In this document: positions 25,215-34,422 of the stretch, one piece after another | How positions within the stretch are numbered: position 1 is the stretch's first letter | Layout of the letters: each line of letters starts with the position of its first letter | NCBI GenBank assembly: GCA_017651165.1 | Contig: JAGCDH010000004.1 | Span: 5,096-69,095, forward strand | Direction: 5' to 3' | Length of the DNA stretch: 64,000 nt | Source: Bacilli bacterium | GTDB taxonomy: Bacteria; Bacillota_I; Bacilli_A; RFN20; CAG-826 | The notes under the pieces: generated by a model | Database searches by the model: none | The model's input: only the letters and a program-made list of their open reading frames with translations | Told to the model about the DNA's origin: nothing | Position numbers and translations under genes: made by a program

Positions 25215-27137
25215 ATGAAAAATGTTTTGAAAAAGATGACTTATTTGATGGTTGGTCTTTTAGTGACCGGTTGTGGCGCCAAAATTCCAACTGAAAACAG
25301 CACATCAAATAATCCGTCAACATCAGCCAATCCTGGTAAGTCCTCAACATCCAACAACCCAGGACCAAGTAGAAGTAGTAGTTCTGCCGCTGGAGCGCAC
25401 GTCCACGCATGGTCAACAGATTGGGCCTATGATGAGACACTACACTGGCATACCTGCTCAGGATGTAATGAAAAGAACGCTAATGTAGCGCACACATTCG
25501 GTGAATGGCAAGAACAAAATTTAGGCACACTTCTTAGTAAAGAAGACTACAACCGTTATACAGTTAAGTATAAAGAATGTAGCGTTTGCCATTATAGACA
25601 AATGGATGCTACATATTCTGTTCTTCCAGAAATTAGATTTACTTTTGAAGCGAGTGATCCAAATGCCGACTTCGCTACAAAAGCGAGAAGTACTGACTCC
25701 GATAGACCAACTGTTGAAGGCAAAATTTCAGTTACCAATGCTGGCGATTTAAATATCACAGATGCTGTTGCCACTATGAAAGTCAGAGGTAACCAAACCG
25801 CCGGCTTTGATAAAAAAGGCTTACAAATCAAATTTGATAAGAAACAAAACTTATTAGATTTAAATGCTGGACCAGATGGTAAAGGCTTCAAGAAATGGGT
25901 CTTATTAGCAGATGCTAAAGACACCACAATTTCCAGAAGTGCTTTAGGTTTAACAATGTCCAAAGGCGTTATTGCCGAAGATTCTAAAGCTTGGTCAGTT
26001 AACTTCACACCAGTTTCTGTTTATCTTAATAATCAATACTGGGGCATGTACATGTTAGCCGATCAAAAAGAAGTTAAAGATGGCAGAATCAAACTAGCCG
26101 AACCAATCGAAGAAGTGAAAAATCCAGAAACTGGCAAAAAGGAAGAAGTTCCTATTATGACCACAGATATCGGTTACTGCTTCGAATTAGATAACTACGC
26201 TAAAGACGAATCCAAAAAAGCTGATGGTGGTGATCCAACATTTAGAATTGATTATGATGGCATGACTTCAAGAGACTTTAATGTTGAAGGCAATAACTCT
26301 GTCAACGATTTAGTCTACACATATACCATGAACTCTGATATTAACGATGGACCAGAGGGCACCCATGTCGATGATAGCAATAGTGAACAAGTCAAATTTA
26401 TTAAAAATAGACTTACTGCTTTATTCAAAGTACTCCATCAAGCAGCGTCCAATAATAGAGCGTATGAAATCAACGCTAATAACCAAGCTGTTGCTACCTC
26501 AGCAAAAACAGTGAAACAAGTAGTCGAAGAAAACTTTGACCTCAACGCTTGGGCGGAAGGCTTCATTATCAATGCTGTCTGCTTACCACCAGATGTTGGT
26601 TATTCCTCATTCTATATGTCATTCGATAATACGGAAAATGGCGATAAGAAGTTAAGATTTGATAACCCATGGGACTTCGATAGTAATTTTGGCAACAGAA
26701 GAAATTTCCTTGTTAACCCAGATCAAAAGAACGGTAACTACGATCCATACTACATGGATAGAACCGCTAACTTATGGTTCCAATTACTCAACAAGTTAGA
26801 CTTCTTTATTAATGATTACGTCAAACCAAAATGGAACGCCGTTAGAGAAGCTAAAGTATTTGAAAAAATGCTCGGTATGGCGGATGTTTATTACACATAC
26901 TTTGATGGCGAATATCAAAAGAACTTTGCAAAATGGACAACCACACAAGCAAGCGATCAAAACGTTGCTAGCTACTTCAACGGTGATGGCGTCAACCGTG
27001 GTGAATTAAGAACCCCATTCGTTGAAGTCAGTCAACGTAAACAAGCTCAAAAAGAAACTATCAGATGGTTGACAAGTCGTATTAATTACCTCGAAAAACA
27101 ATGGGGTAATAATAGACCAGGTGTTACCGCTGAATAG
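25215..27137 (+). CDS. CotH kinase-family lipoprotein with an N-terminal Cys/His-rich segment
   Basis: Lipobox LLVTGC. CotH-like blocks are KKWVLLADAKDTTISRSALGLTMSKG, VYLNNQYWGMYMLADQKE and KKLRFDNPWDFDSNFG. The N-terminal segment reads HVHAWSTDW..HWHTCSGC....CSVCH. Confidence 0.6.
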   Translation: MKNVLKKMTYLMVGLLVTGCGAKIPTENSTSNNPSTSANPGKSSTSNNPGPSRSSSSAAGAHVHAWSTDWAYDETLHWHTCSGCNEKNANVAHTFGEWQEQNLGTLLSKEDYNRYTVKYKECSVCHYRQMDATYSVLPEIRFTFEASDPNADFATKARSTDSDRPTVEGKISVTNAGDLNITDAVATMKVRGNQTAGFDKKGLQIKFDKKQNLLDLNAGPDGKGFKKWVLLADAKDTTISRSALGLTMSKGVIAEDSKAWSVNFTPVSVYLNNQYWGMYMLADQKEVKDGRIKLAEPIEEVKNPETGKKEEVPIMTTDIGYCFELDNYAKDESKKADGGDPTFRIDYDGMTSRDFNVEGNNSVNDLVYTYTMNSDINDGPEGTHVDDSNSEQVKFIKNRLTALFKVLHQAASNNRAYEINANNQAVATSAKTVKQVVEENFDLNAWAEGFIINAVCLPPDVGYSSFYMSFDNTENGDKKLRFDNPWDFDSNFGNRRNFLVNPDQKNGNYDPYYMDRTANLWFQLLNKLDFFINDYVKPKWNAVREAKVFEKMLGMADVYYTYFDGEYQKNFAKWTTTQASDQNVASYFNGDGVNRGELRTPFVEVSQRKQAQKETIRWLTSRINYLEKQWGNNRPGVTAE

Positions 27138-27153
27138 TTGGTTAGAAAAAAAC

Positions 27154-27188
27154 AATCGGTGAGTCGTATTGATTCACCGATTTTTTTA
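27154..27188. terminator. Bidirectional rho-independent terminator between convergent genes
   Basis: Perfect 9-bp stem aatcggtga/tcaccgatt with an 11-nt loop. An A-run lies upstream and T7 downstream. Confidence 0.7.
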
Positions 27189-27192
27189 TTGC

Positions 27193-29133
27193 TTAATTGT
27201 TTTTAGCGAGGAACTCCAAGAGGTCATCTTCTTTTAATGGTTTAGAGAAGTAATAACCTTGGATGTATTCAATTTGTTTCTTAACTGATAACTTTAATTG
27301 ATCTTCTCTTTCCACACCTTCAATAACGATTGGGATATTTAAATTCTTAAATAAGTTAATCGCCGCATCAAAGAAGATGGTAATATTCTCGGCTTGCCCT
27401 AATAAAGATTTATCTAATTTAGCGACCGAGAATGGAAGAGTAATAAATCTAGCGATATTAGAATAGCCACTGCCAAAGTCATCCATCGCGAATTTCACGC
27501 CATATTGGCCTAAATCAGACATGAATTCTTTTGTCTTGCTTGGATATTTGACCGCGATGGTTTCCGTGATTTCTAGGATGATTCTGCTAGGATCAATACC
27601 ATAGCTATTAATAATCTTCATAAATCTTTCGCTTGGATTGTTAAAGAATTCCGCACAAGAGATATTAACTTCCAAGCTTTCAATTTGAGGGTTTCTGGCT
27701 AAGAACGCACATGTTTGATGTAAAACGAAGAAATCGATGTCATTAGCAAGACCAAAGTTTTCGGCGATAGGAATGAATTCCGCTGGGCCGACATAGCCTA
27801 ATTCTTCATTGGCTAATCTAATTAATGATTCGAAGTGATTAAAGACTTTCTTATTCACGTCATAGATTGGTTGATAGACCATATATAAACCTTGTTTAGT
27901 TCTTAAGCATTCTTCTAGGATTTCTTTGATTCTTCTATCTCTGCTGATTTGCTTTAAGAAATTATCGTCTAATTCAATACAAGAAGAATCCTTAAAGTTA
28001 ACAATGGACAAGGTTCTTGTCATGAAGTCGTTATACATATCGGAATTAGTGAAGACTTCATTGTTTTTGAAATAAAGAATATGAAGAGTGATGTCTACGA
28101 CATGACCTTTAATAGTGAAGGGCTTATCAAATCTTTCATTGATGGCCTCTAACATGCTTAATTGCTCTTCTCTATTCTTTAAAAGCAAAACAAAGCGTGA
28201 AGACTGGACTTTAAAGACATAAGTGGTTTTGTTAACACTTCTAATAAATTTGCTGATGGAGCGGATTAATTCATTCGCGGAGACCACACCAAACTTTTCA
28301 GAGAACATACCGAAACTCTCAATATCAAAGATGATGTAATACTTTCTTTGTTTTTCATATCTTTGAGTGTTGACATAGTCAACAAAAGCATAGTCATTAA
28401 AAGCTTTAGAAATACGGTCCACTTTAACGTCTGGATCACATACTGAAACTACAGCGAACATGGCGCATAACGCAAAGGCAGTACCAGATAATAATATCTG
28501 TGGTTGTAACGTTTGTACGACCGCTGCGGAAAGAACCACAATCATAATGATAATTAATACACGGAGTAGCTCTTTTGGTAGAACTTTTCTAAACGCCACA
28601 GTGTAAATAATGGTCGCTAAATAGTTCAATCCCCAGTTAAGAATGTATAAGGAAAAGAATGCTGGTCCTGGAATGAAATCATAAAGACCATTAGCGCCAG
28701 GAACAAAGGTAAAGTTCCAGTGATGAAGACAGTTGGTAAAGAAGAGTATCACGCCTAACGCGGACGGGATAATAGTTAATAGATATATTGGTGAGTAGCG
28801 TAGTGACTTCCCAATAGCATAGAAAACATACGCGAATAAGGAATAGGAAATAAGGAACTGCATCGCGAAGAATAATTCTGCAGCGGCTTCGACAAATGGA
28901 AGAGGCACAACATCAGAATGATCTAATAAAACACAGAACAATATATCTAAGGCAACATTCGCGGTTAAGAATATCAAGCCAACACCAAATAACCTTGCCG
29001 TAGCAACAGGAAACTTCTTACGTGTGAAGTAAGCAATGGTGATAGCAACCAAGAATACTAAAGCGCATAATTCCAAATAGTAATTACAATGAAGATTTTC
29101 AGTGAAACGATGGAATGCTGCGTATATCTGCAT
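27193..29133 (-). CDS. Membrane sensor with a degenerate GGDEF domain and an intact EAL domain (c-di-GMP phosphodiesterase)
   Basis: About 7 N-terminal TM helices. The GGDEF position reads QSSRF. EAL motifs present: YQPIYD, ESLIRL, ILEITE, FAMDDFGSGYSN, KLDKSL, IEGVE and QGYYFSKP. Confidence 0.85.
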   Translation of the reverse strand: MQIYAAFHRFTENLHCNYYLELCALVFLVAITIAYFTRKKFPVATARLFGVGLIFLTANVALDILFCVLLDHSDVVPLPFVEAAAELFFAMQFLISYSLFAYVFYAIGKSLRYSPIYLLTIIPSALGVILFFTNCLHHWNFTFVPGANGLYDFIPGPAFFSLYILNWGLNYLATIIYTVAFRKVLPKELLRVLIIIMIVVLSAAVVQTLQPQILLSGTAFALCAMFAVVSVCDPDVKVDRISKAFNDYAFVDYVNTQRYEKQRKYYIIFDIESFGMFSEKFGVVSANELIRSISKFIRSVNKTTYVFKVQSSRFVLLLKNREEQLSMLEAINERFDKPFTIKGHVVDITLHILYFKNNEVFTNSDMYNDFMTRTLSIVNFKDSSCIELDDNFLKQISRDRRIKEILEECLRTKQGLYMVYQPIYDVNKKVFNHFESLIRLANEELGYVGPAEFIPIAENFGLANDIDFFVLHQTCAFLARNPQIESLEVNISCAEFFNNPSERFMKIINSYGIDPSRIILEITETIAVKYPSKTKEFMSDLGQYGVKFAMDDFGSGYSNIARFITLPFSVAKLDKSLLGQAENITIFFDAAINLFKNLNIPIVIEGVEREDQLKLSVKKQIEYIQGYYFSKPLKEDDLLEFLAKNN

Positions 29134-29344
29134 AATAATCGTATTTTAACAAATATTAACTGTATTTCAATCTTAAAATGCACCATTATAAAGGCAACTT
29201 TAAAAAACGCATACACGCATCATTTTATTTATTATATTTAGAGGACAATTTCATCCAATTGTTAGCAGTGAAAAAAACAATTAATAAATAGATTAGATGT
29301 GATAAAATGTAATTACAAAAAGTTTTGATATAGGAGAGGATATT

Positions 29345-29935
29345 ATGAAACTCATTAAAACATTTTTTATTGGTGCTGCTGCATTAACCCTTTCAGCATG
29401 TGCTATGGGTGGTGGCGCTAAAGGCACAAAGGTCTCAGAAGAAAAATTTGCCGCAGAAGCTGCAAAAGTTGAAGACCATCAATATAGCAAGGCCACCGTT
29501 AAATACAGCATCGTTGAAAAACATAAAAACGATGGTGAAAAAGACATTAACGAAAAAGGCACACTTAAATTCTCATTCTCAAATGGTTCTTGGGAATTAG
29601 ATGATGGACAAAGTATACCGGAAGCCATTGGTGAATATGACGAATATCTCGGCTTGAGAATTAGCTACGCTATGTCCATGATTCCAAGTGGTCAAGGCTA
29701 CACAATTAGTTACTATACGAACCCACTTGGCATGTATGCAAAGATGTCTCAAAAACAAAGTGAATCTGGTGTGTCATATTCCGTTAGTGCTTCTGCTTAT
29801 ATGGGATTTGATAAATATGGTTATCTCGTCGAAGCGACAAGTACATATGACTATAGCTACAAAGTCAGCGCCGGTGGTGTCAGTGCTTCACAAAGCGCCA
29901 ACGAAAAGAGCGAAGTCACCATTTCTTATCAATAA
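29345..29935 (+). CDS. Lipoprotein, function unknown
   Basis: Lipobox LTLSAC. RBS TAGGAGAGGA. Confidence 0.6.
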   Translation: MKLIKTFFIGAAALTLSACAMGGGAKGTKVSEEKFAAEAAKVEDHQYSKATVKYSIVEKHKNDGEKDINEKGTLKFSFSNGSWELDDGQSIPEAIGEYDEYLGLRISYAMSMIPSGQGYTISYYTNPLGMYAKMSQKQSESGVSYSVSASAYMGFDKYGYLVEATSTYDYSYKVSAGGVSASQSANEKSEVTISYQ

Positions 29936-29958
29936 ACAATAGGAAATCAAAATAAAGG

Positions 29959-29980
29959 CCTGCTTATGCAGGTCTTTTTT
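29959..29980 (+). terminator. Rho-independent terminator
   Basis: cctgc-ttat-gcagg followed by tctttttt. Confidence 0.55.
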
Positions 29981-30171
29981 AGTATTCTCCGTATTCGCAG
30001 CCGATGTTCTTGATTTCTATTTCATCAAGTGACATACTCCCACCACTTAAAGAAGTGGGGGTTTCTTGCTAAAATATGTTAAACATAGTCCATTATCATT
30101 TTTGAACAAACAAAATAGGTGTCTAGTGGTATTGTTAAGTGTAATATAATATTAGTTGAGGTTATAAGGCC

Positions 30172-30486
30172 ATGGGAATGAAATATAATGATTTCCGTCA
30201 AGAAATATATTTCTTAGACGAACAGATTAAAACCACAACTGACACAAAAGAAAAACTGGCTTTAATTGATAAGAATATTGCTTTGAATAAAGAGTATATT
30301 CGTGTCTTAAGAAAACCGTTAAAAGCGAAAAAGTTTTGGTGTATTTTTCTTTCAATTGTTTGTTTCTGCTTAGGCTTAATGATTTTCTTACCACAAATTA
30401 TTATTCGTAATAACAAGGCAGATGCCTGTGAAAGAAGAATAAGATATTTAACAGCGTTAAGAGGAACACTTGTTTCAGATCAATAG
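30172..30486 (+). CDS. Small membrane protein (104 aa, one TM helix)
   Basis: A coiled-coil-like N-terminus, then the TM helix FWCIFLSIVCFCLGLMIFL. No family recognised. Confidence 0.4.
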   Translation: MGMKYNDFRQEIYFLDEQIKTTTDTKEKLALIDKNIALNKEYIRVLRKPLKAKKFWCIFLSIVCFCLGLMIFLPQIIIRNNKADACERRIRYLTALRGTLVSDQ

Positions 30487-30494
30487 GAGCTATT

Positions 30495-30998
30495 ATGTAC
30501 GATCAACCATATTACACAATTGGAGATAAACAGTTCTCTAGAGAAGAATTATTAACTTTTGGTAGACAACACTATCCAAAGTTCTATTGGATTAAAAGAG
30601 GTATTGGTATTGGTCTTTTATCCATAGGTCTTTTGTATTTTGTTATTTGTATTAGCGTTCTAGCGGCATATGGCTTCCCAGGTGGTGAAGACGCTGTCGG
30701 TATGTATATTGGTTTATTTATTACTCCAATTATCTTTTCTCTTGCGGGAGCAGTCCTCTTCTCTATTTCGTTTATTAGTCTTCCTGACGATTCATATATC
30801 AAGCACGCTTTGGACTATTACTATAAAGTCGATAGAAATGAAAAACGCTATGCCCAAAGAGTGGAACAAAGAACTAACAAAGTTAATCGCGTAGAGAATA
30901 ATCAAAATATTGATCAATTATTAAAATATAAAGAACTCTTAGATTCTGGTGCGATTACTCAAGAAGAGTTTGAACAAAAGAAGAAAGAATTGCTCTAA
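30495..30998 (+). CDS. Membrane protein with a C-terminal SHOCT domain
   Basis: Two TM helices. The C-terminus LLKYKELLDSGAITQEEFEQKKKELL matches the SHOCT motif. Confidence 0.6.
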   Translation: MYDQPYYTIGDKQFSREELLTFGRQHYPKFYWIKRGIGIGLLSIGLLYFVICISVLAAYGFPGGEDAVGMYIGLFITPIIFSLAGAVLFSISFISLPDDSYIKHALDYYYKVDRNEKRYAQRVEQRTNKVNRVENNQNIDQLLKYKELLDSGAITQEEFEQKKKELL

Positions 30999-31021
30999 TC
31001 TTTTATCTAGTATTATTATTT

Positions 31022-31057
31022 AAAACAAACGCATTAATAAGTGTGTTTGTTTTTTTA
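31022..31057 (+). terminator. Rho-independent terminator
   Basis: aaaacaaacgc pairs with gtgtttgtttt (one G-U pair, 10-nt loop), followed by a T-run. Confidence 0.55.
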
Positions 31058-31102
31058 CAAAAACATCTTTAAAATAATATACGAAAAAGGAAACTGATAA
31101 TT

Positions 31103-32752
31103 ATGAAAAATAATAAGGGCTTTTTATACGCTATTTTATCGTTGTTAAGTATTTCTTCTTTAGTTGCCTGTTCTTCAGGAGGTAACCAAGAGGAAGAATG
31201 GGAAGAACCAGTCTATGAAATCGGTGATACCGTTAAAGAATGGTCTTCTAAAAAAGATTCAAAGGAATTACCAATGGGTTTCCCGAAAGGTGTTGAAGGA
31301 TCTGGAGAAATTGATAATAAGTTTGGTAATGAAGATAAGAGTTGCTTGCTCTTTAACGCTGAAACAGACGGCTATATCGCTAGTGATTTAGTGGAGGAAC
31401 CGTACTTCACTCATGAAGACGCAAAAAACGGAGACATTATTTCGTTATATGTTTACGCTCCAGAAGAAAGCAATATTAATACATTATCAATCGAGGCTAT
31501 TGCTAACGATGGTTCAAGCTTCGTGGGTAATGAAATTAAATTCTCTGGCGCTAATGAAGGCAGGTGGATTAAATCAGAAGTCGTTTTTGATACTTTTTCA
31601 ATTCTCTCTTCAATTAGATTGAACTATAAGGCAGTAGATAAAACCAAAACAGTCCAATTCTACGTGGATGACATCAATATCACCTATGGTGAAGAAACTC
31701 AGGCCAACGACTATGTTTCCAACGATGAAAGTCTTAAGAAATCATTCAATGATTATTTTAGAATTGGTTGTTGCATGTCTGAAAACCAACTTGGGAACAC
31801 CAAGATGAGACAAGTCGTTAAAGAAAACTTTAATTCCGTTACTGCAGAAAATGAAGCTAAGCCTGAAAAGGTTTTAGACCAACAAGCTTGCCAAGCCCTG
31901 CAAGATAAAACAAAAGTGGTCATTAAAACAGCACCATTTGAAAAGTTATATGACTGGTGTGAAGCTCATCATATTGGCGTTAGACATCACACATTAGTGT
32001 GGTATTCACAAACCCCAGGGTGGTTTTTCACTGAAGATTACACCAATAATGGGGCTCAAGTATCCAGAGAAACAATGCTTAAAAGAATGGATGATTTCAT
32101 TAGAACGAGCATTGAAACCGTTAATAATAGATGGCCTGGTCTAGTTTACGCGATTGATGTTTGCAACGAAGCTATTGAAAATGGTGGTGCAGGATATAAC
32201 AAAAACAATAAATGGTTTGACACCATCGGCGAAGATTTCGTTTATCAGGCATTTAAATTTGCTAGTAGATATAAAGATGATGGGCAAGACCTTTATTACA
32301 ATGACTATGCTTGTGACTATAACACTAGCAATTTAGAATTTGCCCTAAACGGATTCTTAAAAGACGCGATTGATGAACAATTGGTGGATGGTATTGGTCT
32401 ACAAGGACATATTGATTGCGATAATACAAGACAAACATTAGCAAATGCTAAATTAATTAAAGAAAAAGGTTTAAAGTGTGAAGTCACTGAATTAGATATC
32501 ACCACAAACGGTAGCGATGAAACAAGTTTCAACAGACAAAAAGAAGCTTATAAAGCATTAACAAAAGGTATCTTAGAAGGTAACGCCAAAGAAGAAATGG
32601 ATGTTAATGCCTTTATCGTTTGGGGCATTACAGATGATACTTCTTGGAAAAGAAACCAAAACCCATTGTTGTTCACTTCTAGTTATCTTAAAAAGCCTGC
32701 TTACTATGGCATGCTTGATGCCTTAGAAGAGTTTGAAGAAACAAATAGTTAA
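31103..32752 (+). CDS. GH10 endo-1,4-beta-xylanase lipoprotein with an N-terminal CBM-like module
   Basis: Lipobox SSLVAC. GH10 blocks: TAENEAKPEKV, RHHTLVWYSQTPGWF, IDVCNEAIE (acid/base), LYYNDY, GIGLQGHI and EVTELDI (nucleophile). The N-terminal module ends in FYVDDINI. Confidence 0.85.
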   Translation: MKNNKGFLYAILSLLSISSLVACSSGGNQEEEWEEPVYEIGDTVKEWSSKKDSKELPMGFPKGVEGSGEIDNKFGNEDKSCLLFNAETDGYIASDLVEEPYFTHEDAKNGDIISLYVYAPEESNINTLSIEAIANDGSSFVGNEIKFSGANEGRWIKSEVVFDTFSILSSIRLNYKAVDKTKTVQFYVDDINITYGEETQANDYVSNDESLKKSFNDYFRIGCCMSENQLGNTKMRQVVKENFNSVTAENEAKPEKVLDQQACQALQDKTKVVIKTAPFEKLYDWCEAHHIGVRHHTLVWYSQTPGWFFTEDYTNNGAQVSRETMLKRMDDFIRTSIETVNNRWPGLVYAIDVCNEAIENGGAGYNKNNKWFDTIGEDFVYQAFKFASRYKDDGQDLYYNDYACDYNTSNLEFALNGFLKDAIDEQLVDGIGLQGHIDCDNTRQTLANAKLIKEKGLKCEVTELDITTNGSDETSFNRQKEAYKALTKGILEGNAKEEMDVNAFIVWGITDDTSWKRNQNPLLFTSSYLKKPAYYGMLDALEEFEETNS

Positions 32753-32784
32753 TGTTACTTTAAGTAAAGGCGTATAATTACGCT

Positions 32785-33420
32785 ATGACCTGGGAAATTA
32801 TCGTTAAGATTATTCTTTTCGGAATTGCACTAGCGATGGATGCTTTTGCTGTATCCATTACTGATGGTTTAATCTATAGCGACATTAATAAAAAGAAGAT
32901 ATTCTTTATTGCAGCGACATTCGGCATTATGCAGGCACTAATGCCTGTGATAGGCTTTTTCGCTGTTGAAATAGTCTCTTTGATTGTCGGTAATAGTGGT
33001 TCTGTTCAGGCAATAAAAGTATTTACCATTGTTGTGACTTGGCTATCGTTTGGTTTATTAATTCTCATTGGTCTTAAGATGCTTATCGAAGGCATTATTG
33101 AAATTAGAAAACCAGTTGAAGAAAAGAAACCTAAACTATTTTCAATTAAAGAAGTTTTGATTATGGGTGTAGCCACTGCGATCGATGCTTTAGCGGTTGG
33201 TGTTTCATTACACGCTGGATTATCCACAAGCGTGACTATTTGGCTACACGTATCGATTATTTGCGTTATTACATTTGCTATTTCTTTAGCGGGATTATTC
33301 CTTGGAAAGCAAATATTGAAACTCTTAAAGGGTAAGACAGAAATCACCGTCATTATCGGTGGTTGTATTCTTATTTTATTAGCGGTTTGGGTAATAGTGA
33401 GCCATTACGCAGGTTTATAA
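32785..33420 (+). CDS. mntP: Manganese efflux pump MntP (intact copy)
   Basis: Six TM helices with duplicated DUF204-type motifs ALAMDAFAVSITDG and ATAIDALAVGVSL. TATAAT at 32773-32778 lies 6 nt before the ATG. Confidence 0.8.
   Translation: MTWEIIVKIILFGIALAMDAFAVSITDGLIYSDINKKKIFFIAATFGIMQALMPVIGFFAVEIVSLIVGNSGSVQAIKVFTIVVTWLSFGLLILIGLKMLIEGIIEIRKPVEEKKPKLFSIKEVLIMGVATAIDALAVGVSLHAGLSTSVTIWLHVSIICVITFAISLAGLFLGKQILKLLKGKTEITVIIGGCILILLAVWVIVSHYAGL
33184..33420 (+). repeat. Left copy of a 237-bp direct repeat (the mntP 3' end)
   Basis: 33184-33263 is 80/80 identical to 35268-35347. By hand count, the remaining 157 nt to the stop codon has about 39 mismatches. The offset is exactly 2084 bp. 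Confidence 0.85.
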
Positions 33421-33478
33421 CTAATTATATCAATATAATAGCGTTGATTGATAATAACATATATGCTATTATTTTGAT

Positions 33479-34420
33479 ATGGAAGAAAAACAGATAATAT
33501 CAATAAATATCAACAACATCAAAGACTGCATTTATATGATACGTGGGCAAAAAGTAATGCTTGATTTTGACTTAGCAAGAATCTATGGTTATGAAACCAA
33601 AAATTTCAATAGACAAGTTAAAAACAACATTGAAAAATTTGATAACGATTTTATGTTTGAATTAACTAAAGATGAGTGGGCCGAAATCTTGAGGTGCAAA
33701 AATTTCACCGCAAATTATTTTTCTAAATCTAGATATCTCCCGCACGCCTTTACTGAACAAGGCATTTATATGCTTATGACAGTTCTACGTGGTAAATTAG
33801 CAATCGAACAAAGCAAACAATTAATTAAATGTTTTAAACTAATGAAAGATTATATCGCTGAATCTGGTAATTTGCTAACGAACACCAATTCATATATCGA
33901 GTCAAAATTCGCTAGTTATGATAAGAGATTTAAGACGATAGAAAATAAACTCGACATCGTTATGGATAATTTTATTAATCCATCTTCTTATAAACTTTTT
34001 TTGATAATGAATGGAGCAAAAATCGAAGCAGATTTAGCCTATCAAACATTGTTTGGCTCAGCAAAAGAATCAATCATTATCGTTGATGACTATGTAGGTC
34101 TAAAGACATTAGACCACTTAAAAGTATGCAGTGAAGACATAAAGATTTATATCTGTTCAGATAATGTAGCTAGGAATGGTTTGACTCAGAATTATATCGA
34201 TGACTTTATTAATGAAACGAACACTTATCTTACTTTAAGACCTACAAACAATACAATTCACGATAGGCTTATTGTTATTGATTATGATACAAAGAATGAA
34301 AGACTATTCTTAAGCGGACCATCTAGTAAAGATGCAGGAAATAAAATAGGCACAATTGTTGAAATAGATGATAGGGAACTATACCATCCAATAATTAATA
34401 AATTATTAGAAGGACAATAA
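33479..34420 (+). CDS. ORF6N-domain protein with an uncharacterised C-terminal domain
   Basis: The N-terminus IRGQKVMLDFDLARIYGYETKNFNRQVKNNIEKFDNDFMFELT is ORF6N/KilA-type. The C-terminus contains SIIIVDDYVG and IHDRLIVIDYD...LFLSGPSSKDAGNK. Confidence 0.6.
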   Translation: MEEKQIISININNIKDCIYMIRGQKVMLDFDLARIYGYETKNFNRQVKNNIEKFDNDFMFELTKDEWAEILRCKNFTANYFSKSRYLPHAFTEQGIYMLMTVLRGKLAIEQSKQLIKCFKLMKDYIAESGNLLTNTNSYIESKFASYDKRFKTIENKLDIVMDNFINPSSYKLFLIMNGAKIEADLAYQTLFGSAKESIIIVDDYVGLKTLDHLKVCSEDIKIYICSDNVARNGLTQNYIDDFINETNTYLTLRPTNNTIHDRLIVIDYDTKNERLFLSGPSSKDAGNKIGTIVEIDDRELYHPIINKLLEGQ

Positions 34421-34422
34421 TA

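Noticed and set aside
32753-32784. A yybP-ykoY manganese riboswitch upstream of mntP.
   Set aside because: Only 32 nt separate the xylanase stop from the mntP ATG. That is far too short for the ~100-nt or longer riboswitch, and no conserved four-way-junction sequence is visible.
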